DNA from: Scyliorhinus canicula
Lineage: Eukaryota
Reading direction: 5' to 3'
NCBI RefSeq assembly: GCF_902713615.1
Contig: NC_052164.1
Location: forward strand, 97,363,575 to 97,427,574
Length of the DNA stretch: 64,000 nucleotides
Shown piece by piece: positions 38,938-50,982 of the stretch. Below the pieces are notes generated by a model. The model had not been told where the DNA came from. It saw nothing but the letters and a program-made list of their open reading frames with translations, and did no database searches. The position numbers and the translations under genes were made by a program. Each line of letters opens with the position of its first letter. Within the stretch, counting starts at the first letter, position 1.

Positions 38938-39432
38938 ATGGCTGATTACAGAAATATTTGGGCTGAAGAGGATGGACCTGGTTTTGTTCCAATACAACTT
39001 CAAAGTTGTACAGCACCACGAGATGACAAGATCTATGTGATGTACCATGGAACCCGTGCCAGTGATGTCGATTCCATTCGCAAAAATGGTTTCCAACGAT
39101 CCAAGGATGGCATGCTGGGCCCTGGAGTCTATGTCAGTAGAGACATTAGGAAAGCCAGCAGGTATCCACTGAATCTGCATGACAGTCAGAAGGCTGTGCT
39201 TAAGTTAAGGGTAAATGTGGGAAAAGTCAAAAAGATTGATCGTCAAGGACACCCATATCAGAAGACATGGCGTAGTCATGGCTACGACACTGCCTGGTGT
39301 CCTCCCAATTGTGGGATGGTACCAAGTGGGCTGGAGGAAGATTGTGTCTCAAATCCTACCAGAATAAAAGTTGTTGAAGTCCTTCACCCAAAAGCTTGTG
39401 GGGACCCCTGGGACTACCCTGAAGAGTACTGA
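38938..39432 (+). CDS. gig2: Gig2-like protein, short type (164 aa), intact
   Basis: Motifs YVMYHGT, GMLGPGVYVSRD, ASRYP, GYDTAWCPP and GLEEDC. Acceptor AG at 38908-38909, strong Kozak accATGg, AATAAA at 40042-40047. Confidence 0.9.
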   Translation: MADYRNIWAEEDGPGFVPIQLQSCTAPRDDKIYVMYHGTRASDVDSIRKNGFQRSKDGMLGPGVYVSRDIRKASRYPLNLHDSQKAVLKLRVNVGKVKKIDRQGHPYQKTWRSHGYDTAWCPPNCGMVPSGLEEDCVSNPTRIKVVEVLHPKACGDPWDYPEEY

Positions 39433-41830
39433 ATTAAATAGTGGTCAGCGAAAACAGAGGTGTGGGGTGGTGGGATGGGCTGGGGTTTTCTACAATTATA
39501 CTCTGTCTTGGGCTAGGGAGGGAAGGTTCTACCATGTTCTTGCTATTGAGGTTGGCCTTGTGTGAACAACAGGGGATAATGGGATTGAGTTAAATGTGAA
39601 GCTCCACAATCACAGAGCCTGACAACACTCATAGGAGTAATTGTTTTGCAGACTCAGCTCCTGGCAATGAAACCTACGCGCCAAGGGGCACAAATGAGAA
39701 TATTGGTCACTGATGCCACCATATCCCATTCTCAGTGCCCCTCAGCTCCTGGATCAAAGGCTCTGAGCTCATACCTCATTATAGAGATTCACACATGAGA
39801 AATGGTTATACCAATACAGATGGAGCAGAGTCTCAGTGTGAGTCACTGCCGTCAGTAGAGGAACAGGGTATTTTGGGGAGAAAAAAGACAGTTGATGTCA
39901 CTAAAGGCTTTGCAGAAAAATCAGAGGTAAAGGTAAATCTAACCTTCTTTGAAGGACAATTTGTCAAAGCAATCACTTTGTATCATTCACTTTGTGATGT
40001 GAAAACTATTAATTGTTGTACTTAATGTTTTCTACAAAACAAATAAAATTATTGACTGTCCTTTTCTGTAGTAAACCAATAGTAATGGAATGAAATGGAT
40101 ACTAAAAGAATTGTGCTTGTCCAATCTGTGAAAAAATTCTTCTTCTTAATGTAAAAGGTCTTGCCTGGATGAGTGTGGCTCCAGCAACACTCTGGAAGTT
40201 GGACAGCATCCAGGACAAAGCAGCCCGCTTGGTTCTCACCTCATCCATCACTCCCTCCATCACCGACGCGCAGTGGTCGCCGTGTGTACCATCTGTAAGA
40301 TGCACTGCTGCAACTCAACAAGGTTTCTTCAACAGCACCTTCCGAACCTACAACATCTACCACATAGAAGGTCAAGGGCAGCAGCTACAACTTCTCCTCC
40401 AAGTCACTCACCATCTTGACTTGAAAATGAATCATTGTTCATTCACTGTCACAGGGTCAACGTCCTGGTATTTCCTTCCGAACAGCACCTTGGGTGTACC
40501 TACACCACATGGGCTGCAGTGGCTTATGAAGGCAGCTCACCACCACCTTCTCAAGGGCAACGAAAGGATGGGCAATAGATGCTGCCCTGGTCAGTGATGC
40601 CAACATCCCGTGAGCAAATGTGGGGTGTGGGGTGAGGGTGCACTTTCACTCTCTCTGCTTGGTGGAAACTAATGGAGGTTAATCGCTCAGCGATGACCCT
40701 AATGCTTTGTTTTCACCTTGTCACAGTGTTGCCGAGAATGTACGCAAGTGCGCACAGTACTGAGGAGAATGTCCGCAAATTAGGACTGTAATTGTCTCAC
40801 TGAGAGGAAAGTTCCGATGGATCCTTCACTCGGTGACCAAGCTGGGGTTTGTCAGCCTGTTGAGTGGGGATGGGGCAGATGTCCAACTTGAGATTTAGCC
40901 AACTTGACAGGAAGTAGGGCAAGCTGGGAAACAGAGGATCAATAGACGGAGCCAGGAAGCTGCGAACAGTTGGGTGGCACGGTAGCAAAATAGTTAGCAC
41001 AGTTGCTTCATCGCTCCAGGGTCCCAGGTTCGATTCTCGGCTTGGGTCATGACTGTGCGGAGTCTGTACATTCTCCCAGTGTCTGCGTAGGTTTCCTCCG
41101 GGTGCTCCGGTTTCCTCCCACAAGTCACAAATGTTGAGCTGTTAGGTAATTTGAAAATTCTGAACTCTCCCTCTGTGTACCCGAACAGGCGCCGGAATGT
41201 GGCGACTAGGGGCTTTTCACAGTAACTTCATTGCAGTGTTAATGCCAGCCTACTTGTGACAATAAAGATCATTATTATTATAAACATGCTGACTTAAAAT
41301 GGCGGCTGAAAATGGGACTGGAATATCGAGGCTGCAGACGTAGCCACATTGGATGACATCAAAATGTTTGCAAAGGTATAACCTCCCCTGATTGTACAGT
41401 CCACAAAGTTGATGGTCAACCATCCCTCAACCATGGAATCCTCCATCCATTCACACCTGCACAGTCCCTTGAATCCCACAGCTCAACATCCTATAGTCTG
41501 CAGCTACAATATCCCGCAGCCCAAATGAATCCACATCCTCACTAAATCACACCTCCACTTTTCCACAGGTCCATTAAGTACAGGCACAAGTTTTATTTTA
41601 GTACGGTGGGAATTTTCTTGTGTCTGAGGAAGGAAATTGGGGGTTCAAGGCCCACAAAAGCATTGCCTGGCTGACACAGAGCAGGACTGAGTGAGTGTCA
41701 TCATTTTGATGAGATGGGGCCAAGTGTAGACTTTTCAGCCGCTCAAGGTTTTCCAGCGACCAATTAGATGAGGCAGATTTCTACCTTCTCTCCATTAACC
41801 TGACTTTCTTTGATATCCATTGACACAGTT

Positions 41831-42054
41831 TTTTAAAATAAATTTAGATTACCCAATTATTTTTTCCAATTAAGGGGCAATTTAGCATGGCCAATCCACC
41901 TACTCTGCACATTTTTGGGTTGTGGGGGCGAAACCCTTGCAGACACGGGGAGAATGTGCAAACTCCACACGGACAGTGACCCAGAGCCAGGATCGAACCT
42001 GGGACCTCAGCGCCGTGAGGCGGTTGTGCTAACCACTAGGCCACCGTGCTGCCC
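41831..42054 (-). mobile_element. HE1-type SINE
   Basis: tRNA-like A/B boxes and core GGTGGATTGGCCATGCTAAATTGCCC. 16-bp TSD ATCCATTGACACAGTT (41815-41830, 42055-42070). Confidence 0.85.
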
Positions 42055-42164
42055 ATCCATTGACACAGTTAACTAACAAAAATCTACTTCAATCTTGTAA
42101 GCTCCACTTAGAGTTTGATCAGTGAACTGATCGAGGTGTTTAAAATCTTAAAATAAATTGTTAG

Positions 42165-42398
42165 AAGGGCAGCACGGTGGCCTAGTGGTTAGCACAACCG
42201 CCTCACAGCGCTGAGGTCCCAGGTTCGATCCCGGCTCTGGGTCACTACCCGTGTGGAGTTTGCACATTCTCCCCGTGTCTGCGTGGGTTTCGCCCCCACA
42301 ACCCAAAGATGTGCAGAGTAGGTGGATTGGCCACGCTAAATTGCCCCTTAATTGGAAAAAATAATTGGGTAATCTAAATTTAAAAAAAAAATTAAAAA
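42165..42398 (+). mobile_element. HE1-type SINE
   Basis: Same family as 41831-42054. TSD AAATTGTTAG (42155-42164, 42399-42408). Confidence 0.85.
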
Positions 42399-42682
42399 AA
42401 ATTGTTAGGTTCGATGAATGTTGAAAGAAACTAATAAGAATGTTGAAAACGTGAAGGACAGAGAATATTTATATTGAATATTGTCACAAATAGGCATGTC
42501 TCCCTCTTCTGACGGATCGCTGGCAAAAAGTGAGGGGTCGTGATAGGGTTTCCTTAAAATTTATTAAACTGTTAAAAATGTTAAGGGTGTGGTACTTGAT
42601 TAGCAGCACCTCCATTTGATTGTCCCTCAATTGTTTCGATTCAAGGATGCTTTCGACAACGTAACGCTGTTTTGAGGGAATT

Positions 42683-42768
42683 GAAACTGAAACTTTGAAA
42701 ATTACATTATAAAGACCAGCTGTGTGCACATCTCACTGCAGAGTTACTAGCTGAGGGGCAAGATGAGT
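42683..42768 (+). promoter_or_regulatory. Orphan ISRE-TATA promoter with mutated splice donor; its unit has no coding exon
   Basis: GAAACTGAAACT at 42683-42694, TATAAAG at 42708-42714. Donor reads AAG|ATGAGT (G>A at 42763). Confidence 0.7.
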
Positions 42769-45700
42769 GCGTGAACTCCCTAAAGTTCTGTTCCTGATAA
42801 ATTGTAAAAGAACTGGAAGGGACTTGTAGAAAATATTTCTTCCTGCAGCGAGTGCACTGCCAGAAGGAACAGTGAAAGCAGATTCAATAACTTTAAAAAA
42901 GAAATTATTAAATATTTGAATTGAAAAAGGATGCAGGCCTGTGAGGAAAAGGAAAGGAGTGGTATCAATTGGATAGTTTGCTCAAAGCCTGTTTCTGTGC
43001 TGTTAATTCTAAGATTTACTGATAGTGTTGTTGTATAATGCAGTCAACCCCATCTGGAATAGTGTGTGGTGTTTTGTTAATTTGACAATAACGAGAAAAG
43101 AGCAACAAAAGTAATTATGTCCCCTGGAATTTAAACAGCTAAGAAAGTTACCCATCTTTGTGCTGAGAGAACTTAAGTCCTCAAGTTCATGAAATGGTTT
43201 GAGGAGTTTCCGTAGGTCAATTGTTCCGCATGGTGAAGGATCATAAATTTAAAATAAGAAAGTTCAGAGGAAGATATGCAGATAACAGGTATCACGGTGG
43301 AGCAGTGGTTAGCACTGTTGCTTCACAGCTCCAGGGTCCCAGGTTCGATTCCCCACTGGGTCACTGTCTGTGCGGAGTCTGCACGTTCTCTCCATGTCTG
43401 CGTGTGCTTCCTCCGGGTGCTCCGGTTTCCTCCCACAGTCCAAAGATGTGCAGATTAGGTGGATTGGCCATGCTAAATTGCCCTTAGTGTCCAGGGATGT
43501 ACAAGTTAGGTTATGGAGTTATGTGGATAAGGAGGGGGTGGATGGGCGAGTGGACATGGGTCGGTGCTGACTTGATGGGCTGAATGGCCTCCTTCTGAAC
43601 TGTAGAGATTCTATGATATCAATTTTTCAGACTAACGATGGTCATTGTGAGATTTGTTACCAGAGAAGGCACTGAATAGAAGAGAGAGAAGTGACTGAAA
43701 GATGTGGCTGAAATGTTGGTAGTTTGGTTTAATCCCTGAGAAAACATTTAGTTATTGATGATGGTAGGTGGGATTCTCCATCCCGCTGCACCTGTTCCCT
43801 GGGGTGATCTGCCCCCCCGCCTGCAGCGGGAACCACCGTTCCGGCAGCTGGCCAATGGGGTTTTCCACTGTGGGCACTCCAATGCCGTCGGGAAATCCAC
43901 GGGAGTGAGCGCGCTGCCGGCAAAACGGAGGATCCCGCCGACGGAGAATCCATCCCAGTGTTTTTATTTTTCCCTTCCAGCTCATAATTGTGAACACAGA
44001 CTTGCAGCCAATGTTCCTTCAATTGCTTTTGTGTATGGTCTATTTATTGCACCATGTGGTGGGCGTTGGTTGACTGAGCATTTATGCATCAAAACGAATG
44101 TTGCATAACCTGTTGGTAGTTGCTATTAAACTTTATTTGATACAGTTTTTGCATTTCCTAGTTTTACATTCCCGTTAGAATAGGGACGAGTATGAAGTTG
44201 GCTGTGCAATGAGTGCAACATCTTACAAACTTGGTGCAATCATTATTCAGGACAGGTGTTGTGAGGCAAGCTAGACTTCAAAGGCAGCTAAACTGTAAAT
44301 CACAGTGAGTCACCACTTGCAAATAATTGTCGGAACTTTCCACTGGTGGGAGTTTACGCTCCCGCTGAAGTCAATGGCGGCTGGAATTCTCCGGACGTTG
44401 GGATCTTCTTTTGCCGCCGGCAGCGCCCACCCATACACGGGTTTCCAGGCAAGCATGGGGTTGGCTTCATTGGAAAATCTCATTGGCAAGCGGCTGGAGT
44501 AGAGAATCCCGCCGTCAGCGAACGGCGCGCCTCCAAGAAACACACAGCCGGGCAACCGGACAATCTGGATTTTCCAATGGTTCGCCGCATTTTCCAATCC
44601 AACTTCCCTCCATGGCGAGACTGTAAAATTCAGCCCGGAATACCAATCAGGTCACTTTTGACGGTTTATTTGTAAAGGGCTGGTTAAGCACACTGGGCTA
44701 AATCGCTGGCTTATAAAGCAGATCAAGCAGGCCAGCAGCACGGTCCGATTCTCGTACCAGCCTCCCCGGACAGGCGCCGGAATGTGGCGACTAGGGGCTT
44801 TTCACAGTAACTTCATTGAAGCCTACTTGTGACAATAAGCGATTTTCATTCCAACACCACTAGGGCTATGTTGTGAAAACTCGGAAGAAGATGACATTTG
44901 AAACATTAAAGTAACACTGAGAATGCCTGAGGCTTTTTAAATGAAAGGGAGAAGTCCCACAAGGGGTTAACAGCAGCAGCCTGTTTTGAAAGCAGACAAC
45001 TTCACAGACAGGGAAGAAAACAGATAGGAAAAGAAAAAAGTTAGAAAAGTCATTTGTTTGACTTAAACTCTTAAAGTTATATGAAAGGGAACAGTATTTC
45101 ACTAATCTTTAAGCAATGAATTATTTTTGAACAATTAAGAAAAGCAGCCAGAATCTAAAGTATAAGATAAGGAACAACTGTTAAGTGTGAAAAGTTGCTG
45201 ACACTGGTAATAAAGTGAAACAACTGATTTACAAATTAAGAAAACGAGAAGGTGACAAAGTTACACTATAACGTATATCATTTTTGAAGTTAAAACCTTT
45301 TAGAAGATGGCCAAAGCAGATAAAGTTAGAGACAAGAGGGGATAACCCTAACGTGACAGTAGCTTAACCCAAAGATGACCCGGGTTGAATCTGAGAAAAC
45401 CCATTAAAAAGGACATAAATCCAAAAGGGTGCTGTATAAGACACAGACAAATTAATTACATGTTAAGCAAAGCGAGAAAGTTCCAGTCAGGAATGGAGAG
45501 CTGGTGAGCATGAAGCTGCACTGTCGCTGTTAAAGTAGCGCCACGCTTCTAAACCGATAAAACTTAGCTTTCAAACGGTCAAGCAGGCAGTCTGAAGGGT
45601 GTCAGGTGCACAGGTTAAGGGGCCCTAAATTGCCATAGAAACTGGGGAAAATGAGCAGATAATCAGAATCTTCCTCGGTGATGGGACAAGCAACATCGAC

Positions 45701-45991
45701 AGACCGAGCAGCCCAGAGAAGCGAGCAGGAGACCAAAAGTTAAAGAAAACTGATTGTCAAGAGAGACGTGAAAGTCTGCAACTGGTCCGAACAAGAAAAT
45801 ATCTTTTTACCTTTCTGTAAAAGTAGTTATTCTCTTTTGACTTGAACATAATGTTAAGTTCAAATTGATAACGTGAAAGAGTGGTCATTATAATTTTCTT
45901 TAGAAAGTTTACTTTACTTCACTTAGCAAGCCGGACCCGTGTGTAAGTTACTAAGTGCTAAGTAAATAAAATTCTTCTATGAACATACAGG

Positions 45992-46876
45992 TACTCCGGA
46001 CAGCCGCTCACAACATCACCCAGACCAGGCGCTGACCCCTTGCTCGTTGCACTCACACACCCTCCGCCCGTGGACATGTCCTTGGAGCTGCGTCCCATCC
46101 CCTGGGTGTTAGGGTGTTGGCTGCTGTGTGTGAGGTGTTGCCTCCCACAGTGTTCAGGATACTGGGCAATGACTCCCACATGGTACATGGCCCCCCCTAC
46201 CCATGGGAATCCACTTGGGATGTGTGAAGTGGTCACTTAACTAGAATTGCCAATTCCCTATAAGCAATTGCCTTCAGCTGTACGGCCAGAGGCCTCAGCA
46301 GTTGGCATGGGTTATGGGTGGTCGGTGGGGCAGACGGGCAGAGACAAGGTTTGCTGCCTGAACGTGTACACATGATCCAGGGGTTGGCGTGGTGGTGCCG
46401 CAAGCAGTTACCTCCTGGTTGCCCCCAGAGCGCTTCCCTCCCCAACCTCCCATCGTGGCCCACCCCCAGCCAAGTGTCCCCCACCACCAGCCCAGGGTCC
46501 ACCATGCCCCACCAAGCCTGTGGGCAAAGATGGCTGCTCACCTCCTTGGCTCCCCACAGAAGCCATTCTGCCAGGTTCCCATTTTACAAAAGGAGTGCTA
46601 ATCGGCGCCGGCGTGACCACTTTCTGGGGAGGCCGCTCAAAGATGGGAGGCTGTTGGATATGGGGTGGCTGTTTTAAAATGTCGGTAAATAGGGCTTAAG
46701 TGGTGATAATTGGCTTCTGCCCTTGCTACGGCAAGATCCAGATTTCACCTACGGGAGCGGGTCGGTTGCATCGTAATCTGTTTGGCGCCTGGCCCCGGTC
46801 TAGATTTTGGCTTCCCGCTATTCAGCAGCCTCGTTTCGTTTGAGCGAGATTGCTATGAGGCCGGAGAATCGCGCCC
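45992..46876. mobile_element. GC-rich non-autonomous DNA-transposon fragment, possibly Harbinger-related
   Basis: Ends in the TIR-like GGAGAATCGCGCCC. Shares internal sequence (cccatgggaatccacttgggatgtg) with 13266-13900; similar pieces at 18094-18790 and 57065-57153. Confidence 0.55.
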
Positions 46877-47241
46877 ATTATGTTGGAGCTGTTTATTACA
46901 ACTATACCAGTCTGTTGTGGACAATGTCTGGCCAAAGGATCAGGGATCAGTGTTGCCATCATTGGCTCTTTAATCCCAATTTCTGATTATTTAATTGGTC
47001 AAATACAAATAAAAAAACATTTCAGTCAATGGGAAGAAAAAAGAATGCTGACAAAGTGAAGGACAGAGAGTACTGGCATATCTCCCCCATCTGACAGATT
47101 GCTGGCAGGAAGTGGGGGGTTTCTGTAAAATTTATTAAACTTGTTAAAACATGTGAAGGGTGCGGAACTTGCTTTGCATCTCCACCCTTTGACCGTCCCT
47201 CAAGGATGTTATCGACTACGTAACGGTCTTTTGGAGGAATT

Positions 47242-47321
47242 GAAACTGAAACTTTGAACATTAGGTTATAAAGTCCAGATGTGTGCATATCTCACTGCAG
47301 TGTCACAGATCGAGGGGAGAG
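47242..47321 (+). promoter_or_regulatory. ISRE-TATA promoter and non-coding exon 1 of the 50488 gene
   Basis: GAAACTGAAACT at 47242-47253, TATAAAG at 47267-47273, Inr A at 47294, donor GAG|GTGAGT at 47321/47322. Confidence 0.75.
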
Positions 47322-48671
47322 GTGAGTGCGTGAACTCCCTACATTTCAGTTCCTGATAAACTATGAAAGAACTAAAAGGGAGATATAGAAAACAGTTTTT
47401 CCTGCAGTGAGTGCTGTGCCAGAAAGAACGGTGAAAGCAGATTTAATAACTTTCAAAAGGAAATTATTAAATATTTGAAATACAAAAGAGTGCAGCACTG
47501 TGAGGAAAAAGAAGGGAGTGGCATTATTGGATCGTTCGTTCAAAGCCTGTTTCTGTGCTGTTAATTCTAAGATTTACTGATAGTGTTGTTGTATAATGCA
47601 ATCGACCCCATCTGGAATAGTGTGTGGTGTTTTGTTAACTTGATAATATCGAGAGAAGAGCAACAAAGGGAATTATGTCCCCTGGGATTAAAACAGCTAA
47701 GAAAGTTACCCATCTTTGTGCTGAGAGAATTGAAGTCTTCAATTCATGAAACGGTGTGAGGAGTTTCTGTAGCTCAATTGTCCCGCATGGTGAAGGATTA
47801 TGAATTTAAAATGAGGAAGTTCAGAGGAATTGTGAGATATCACGGAGGTGCAGTGGTTAGCACTGTTGCCTCACAACGCAAGGACCCGGGTTTGATTCCG
47901 GCCTTGGGTGATTGTCTGTGTGAAGTTTGCACGTTCTCTCCGTGTGTGCATGGATTTCCTCCGGGTGCTCCGGTTTCGTTCCACAGTTCAAAGGTGGGTA
48001 CGTGAGGTGGATTGGCCATGTTAAAATGACCCTTAGTGTCCAGGGATGTGCAGGTTAGGTTATGGAGTTACGGGGATAAGGAGGGGTGGATAGGCGTGTG
48101 GACATGGGTCGGTGCTAACTTGATGAGTGAATAACTTCCGTCTGAACTATCGAGATTCTATATCAGTATTTCAGACTAACGATGGTCATTGTGAGATTAG
48201 TTACCAGGGAAGGCACTGAATGTAAGAGAGAGAAGTGACTCAGAGATATGGTTAAAAGGTTGATAGCTGGGTTTAATCCATGAGAAAACATTTATTTATT
48301 GGTGGTGGTGTCTTTATTTCTCTACTCCAGATAACAGTTTAAATACAGCCAATGTTCTTTCAATTGTTTTTGTGGTTTATTTATTGCATCAGGTGGTGGG
48401 CTGAGCATTTATGCATCTCTGGGATGTTGCATACCTGTTGGGTCCACTGCAAAGAACATTTCGGATTGCTGTGCGCACACATGGTTTAGAGGGAACATTG
48501 TTCATAGTATTGAACTCAGTTTCCTGTTCGAAATATTACGGAGGTTAATCTTTATACTTGTACATTTTGAAGTTATGCTGTGCTATACTTCACAGCGCCA
48601 GGATCCCAGGTTCAATTCCCGGCTTGGGTCACTATCTGTGCGGAGTCTATATGTTCTCCCCGTGTCTGCGT

Positions 48672-48702
<31 letters not shown>

Positions 48703-50487
48703 ACAAGTCCCAAAAGACGCGTTTGTTTGGTGAATTAGACATTCTGAATTCTTCCTCTGTGCACCTGAATGTGGTGACTCGGGGCTTTTCACAGTAACTT
48801 CATTGCATTGTTAATGTAAGCCTACTTGTGACAATAATAAAGATTATTCTTATTATTATGGCAGTTGCTATTAAACTTTCCGTGATATAGTTTTTGCATT
48901 TCCTAATTTTGCATTCCCGTTAGAATAGGGACGAGTATGAAGTTGGCTGTGCAATGAGTGCAACATCTTACAAACTTGGTGTAATCATTATTAAGGACAA
49001 GTGTTGTGAGGCAAGCTAGACTTCAAAGGCAGCTAAACTGTAAATCATAGAGAGTCACCACTTGCAAATAATGTCAGAACTTTCCACGGGTGGGGTTTTA
49101 CGCTCCCGCTGAAGTCAATGGAGGCTGGAATTCTCCGGCTGTTGGGATTCTCTGTTCCCGCCACTCACGGGGATAAGTGGCGGGAAGAGAGGATCCCGCC
49201 GTTACTGAACGGTGGACCTCTGAGAATAGTGACTTAATCAGTGATTAACAATTGGAATATCAAGCTTCAAAACTGCGTATTCTGAGAAATTTCTCCTCAT
49301 TATTACAAAGACAATTTAAACATATTCTTCTGCAGAGGAAAGACTGAAATCGCGTGTCATAGTTAAATGAAATATATTAATTTATGTCAGCCTTTCACAA
49401 CAGCTGGACCTGTCAAAGTACTTTCCAGTTAATTAGGTACTTTTGAAATGTAGTCACTGTTAAAATATACAAAATGTGGCTGCCAATTTGCGTGTAGCAA
49501 ACTCCAGCAAGGTAACAACCACCTGATAACCTGTTTCTGTGATGTTGGTTGAGTGATAAATATTGCTGCTGATGGTCGGGAATGTATCACGATGCCTCGA
49601 ACAGCTTCTTAATGCTGTCGGTCATTTCCTTTATTTCCCTCCAATTGTGTTTAATCCAAGGGTGCTGGCAGCCCTCACCCTAATCCCCTCCGTGCTCATT
49701 CTTTATATGTGAGCTATAGCGACGAGTGCCAGGTAGGATATTCTGCTACTGGGGCCTCACAATTAAACCGAATCCTGTCTTTACTCGATATTCATGCCAG
49801 GAAGTGCTTTTCAGCAAGTGATCGAAAGCAGAGATTGCAGGAGATCAGAGGTTATAGGGAGAAGGCAGGAGAATGGGGATGAGAAAATATCAGCCACGAT
49901 TGAATGGCGGGGCAGACTTATCATGGAATTTACAGTGCAGAAGGAGGCCATTCATTGATGGGCCAAATGACCTAATTCTGCTCCTATCTCTTATGGTCTT
50001 ACTGTTTCATCCTTATTGTTAGAGATGAGCAAAAATAAGAGTAGCATCCCACCGATGCAGTTAAGTTTCTTAATTCAGCACAATTTTGGGATCAAAACCA
50101 GGGGCTAGTTTAGCACAGTGGGCTAAACAGCTGGCTTGTAATGCAGAACAAGGCCAGCAGCGCAGGTTCAATTCTTGTACCAGCCTCCCCGAACATGCGC
50201 CAAAATGTGGTGTGTAGGGGCTTTTCATAGTAATTTCATTGAAGCCTCATGTGAGGATAAGTGATTATTATTATTAATTTTATTATTTTAAAATCCACGC
50301 TCTATGTCTGTGCACTTTTAAGTGTAAGTGTCATTGGAGGAGTTCACCAGTGAGCACTAATAGCATCAGGGAAATGTACAGCAATATCAAATTGTGGAAA
50401 ATTCAATACAGAATTAAAAATGTATTTTCTGCATTTAAGTTTTCTTTCCTTTGTTCAAGGTCAAGTTGACAAGTTGACTGGATTACC

Positions 50488-50982
50488 ATGGCTGATTACA
50501 GAAATATTTGGGCTGAAGAGGATGGACCTGGTTTTGTTCCAACAAAACTTCAAAGTTGTATAGCACCACAAGATGACAAGATCTATGTGATGTACCATGG
50601 AACCCGTGCCAGTGATGTCGATTCCATTCGCAAAAATGGTTTCCAACGATCCAAGGATGGCATGCTGGGCCCTGGAGTCTATGTCAGTAGAGACATTAGG
50701 AAAGCCAGCAGATATCCACTGGATCTGCGTGACAGTCAGAAGGCTGTGCTTAAGTTAAGAGTGAATGTGGGAAAAGTCATAAAGATAAATTATCAACGAC
50801 ACCCATATCAGAAGACATGGCGTAGTCATGGCTACGACACTGCCTGGTGTCCTCCCAATTGTGGGATGGTACCAAGTGGGCTGGAGGAAGATTGTGTCTC
50901 AAATCCGACCAGAATAAAAGTTCTTGAAGTCCTTCGCCCAAAAGCTTGGGGGGACCCCTGGGCCTACCCTGATGAGTACTGA
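50488..50982 (+). CDS. gig2: Gig2-like protein, short type (164 aa), intact, apparently chimeric
   Basis: Same motifs as the 38938 gene. Acceptor AG at 50458-50459, AATAAA at 51585-51590. Confidence 0.9.
   Translation: MADYRNIWAEEDGPGFVPTKLQSCIAPQDDKIYVMYHGTRASDVDSIRKNGFQRSKDGMLGPGVYVSRDIRKASRYPLDLRDSQKAVLKLRVNVGKVIKINYQRHPYQKTWRSHGYDTAWCPPNCGMVPSGLEEDCVSNPTRIKVLEVLRPKAWGDPWAYPDEY

Noticed and set aside
42165-42240. tRNA-like A/B box sequences as tRNA genes
   Set aside because: They are heads of tRNA-derived SINEs followed by SINE core and tail.
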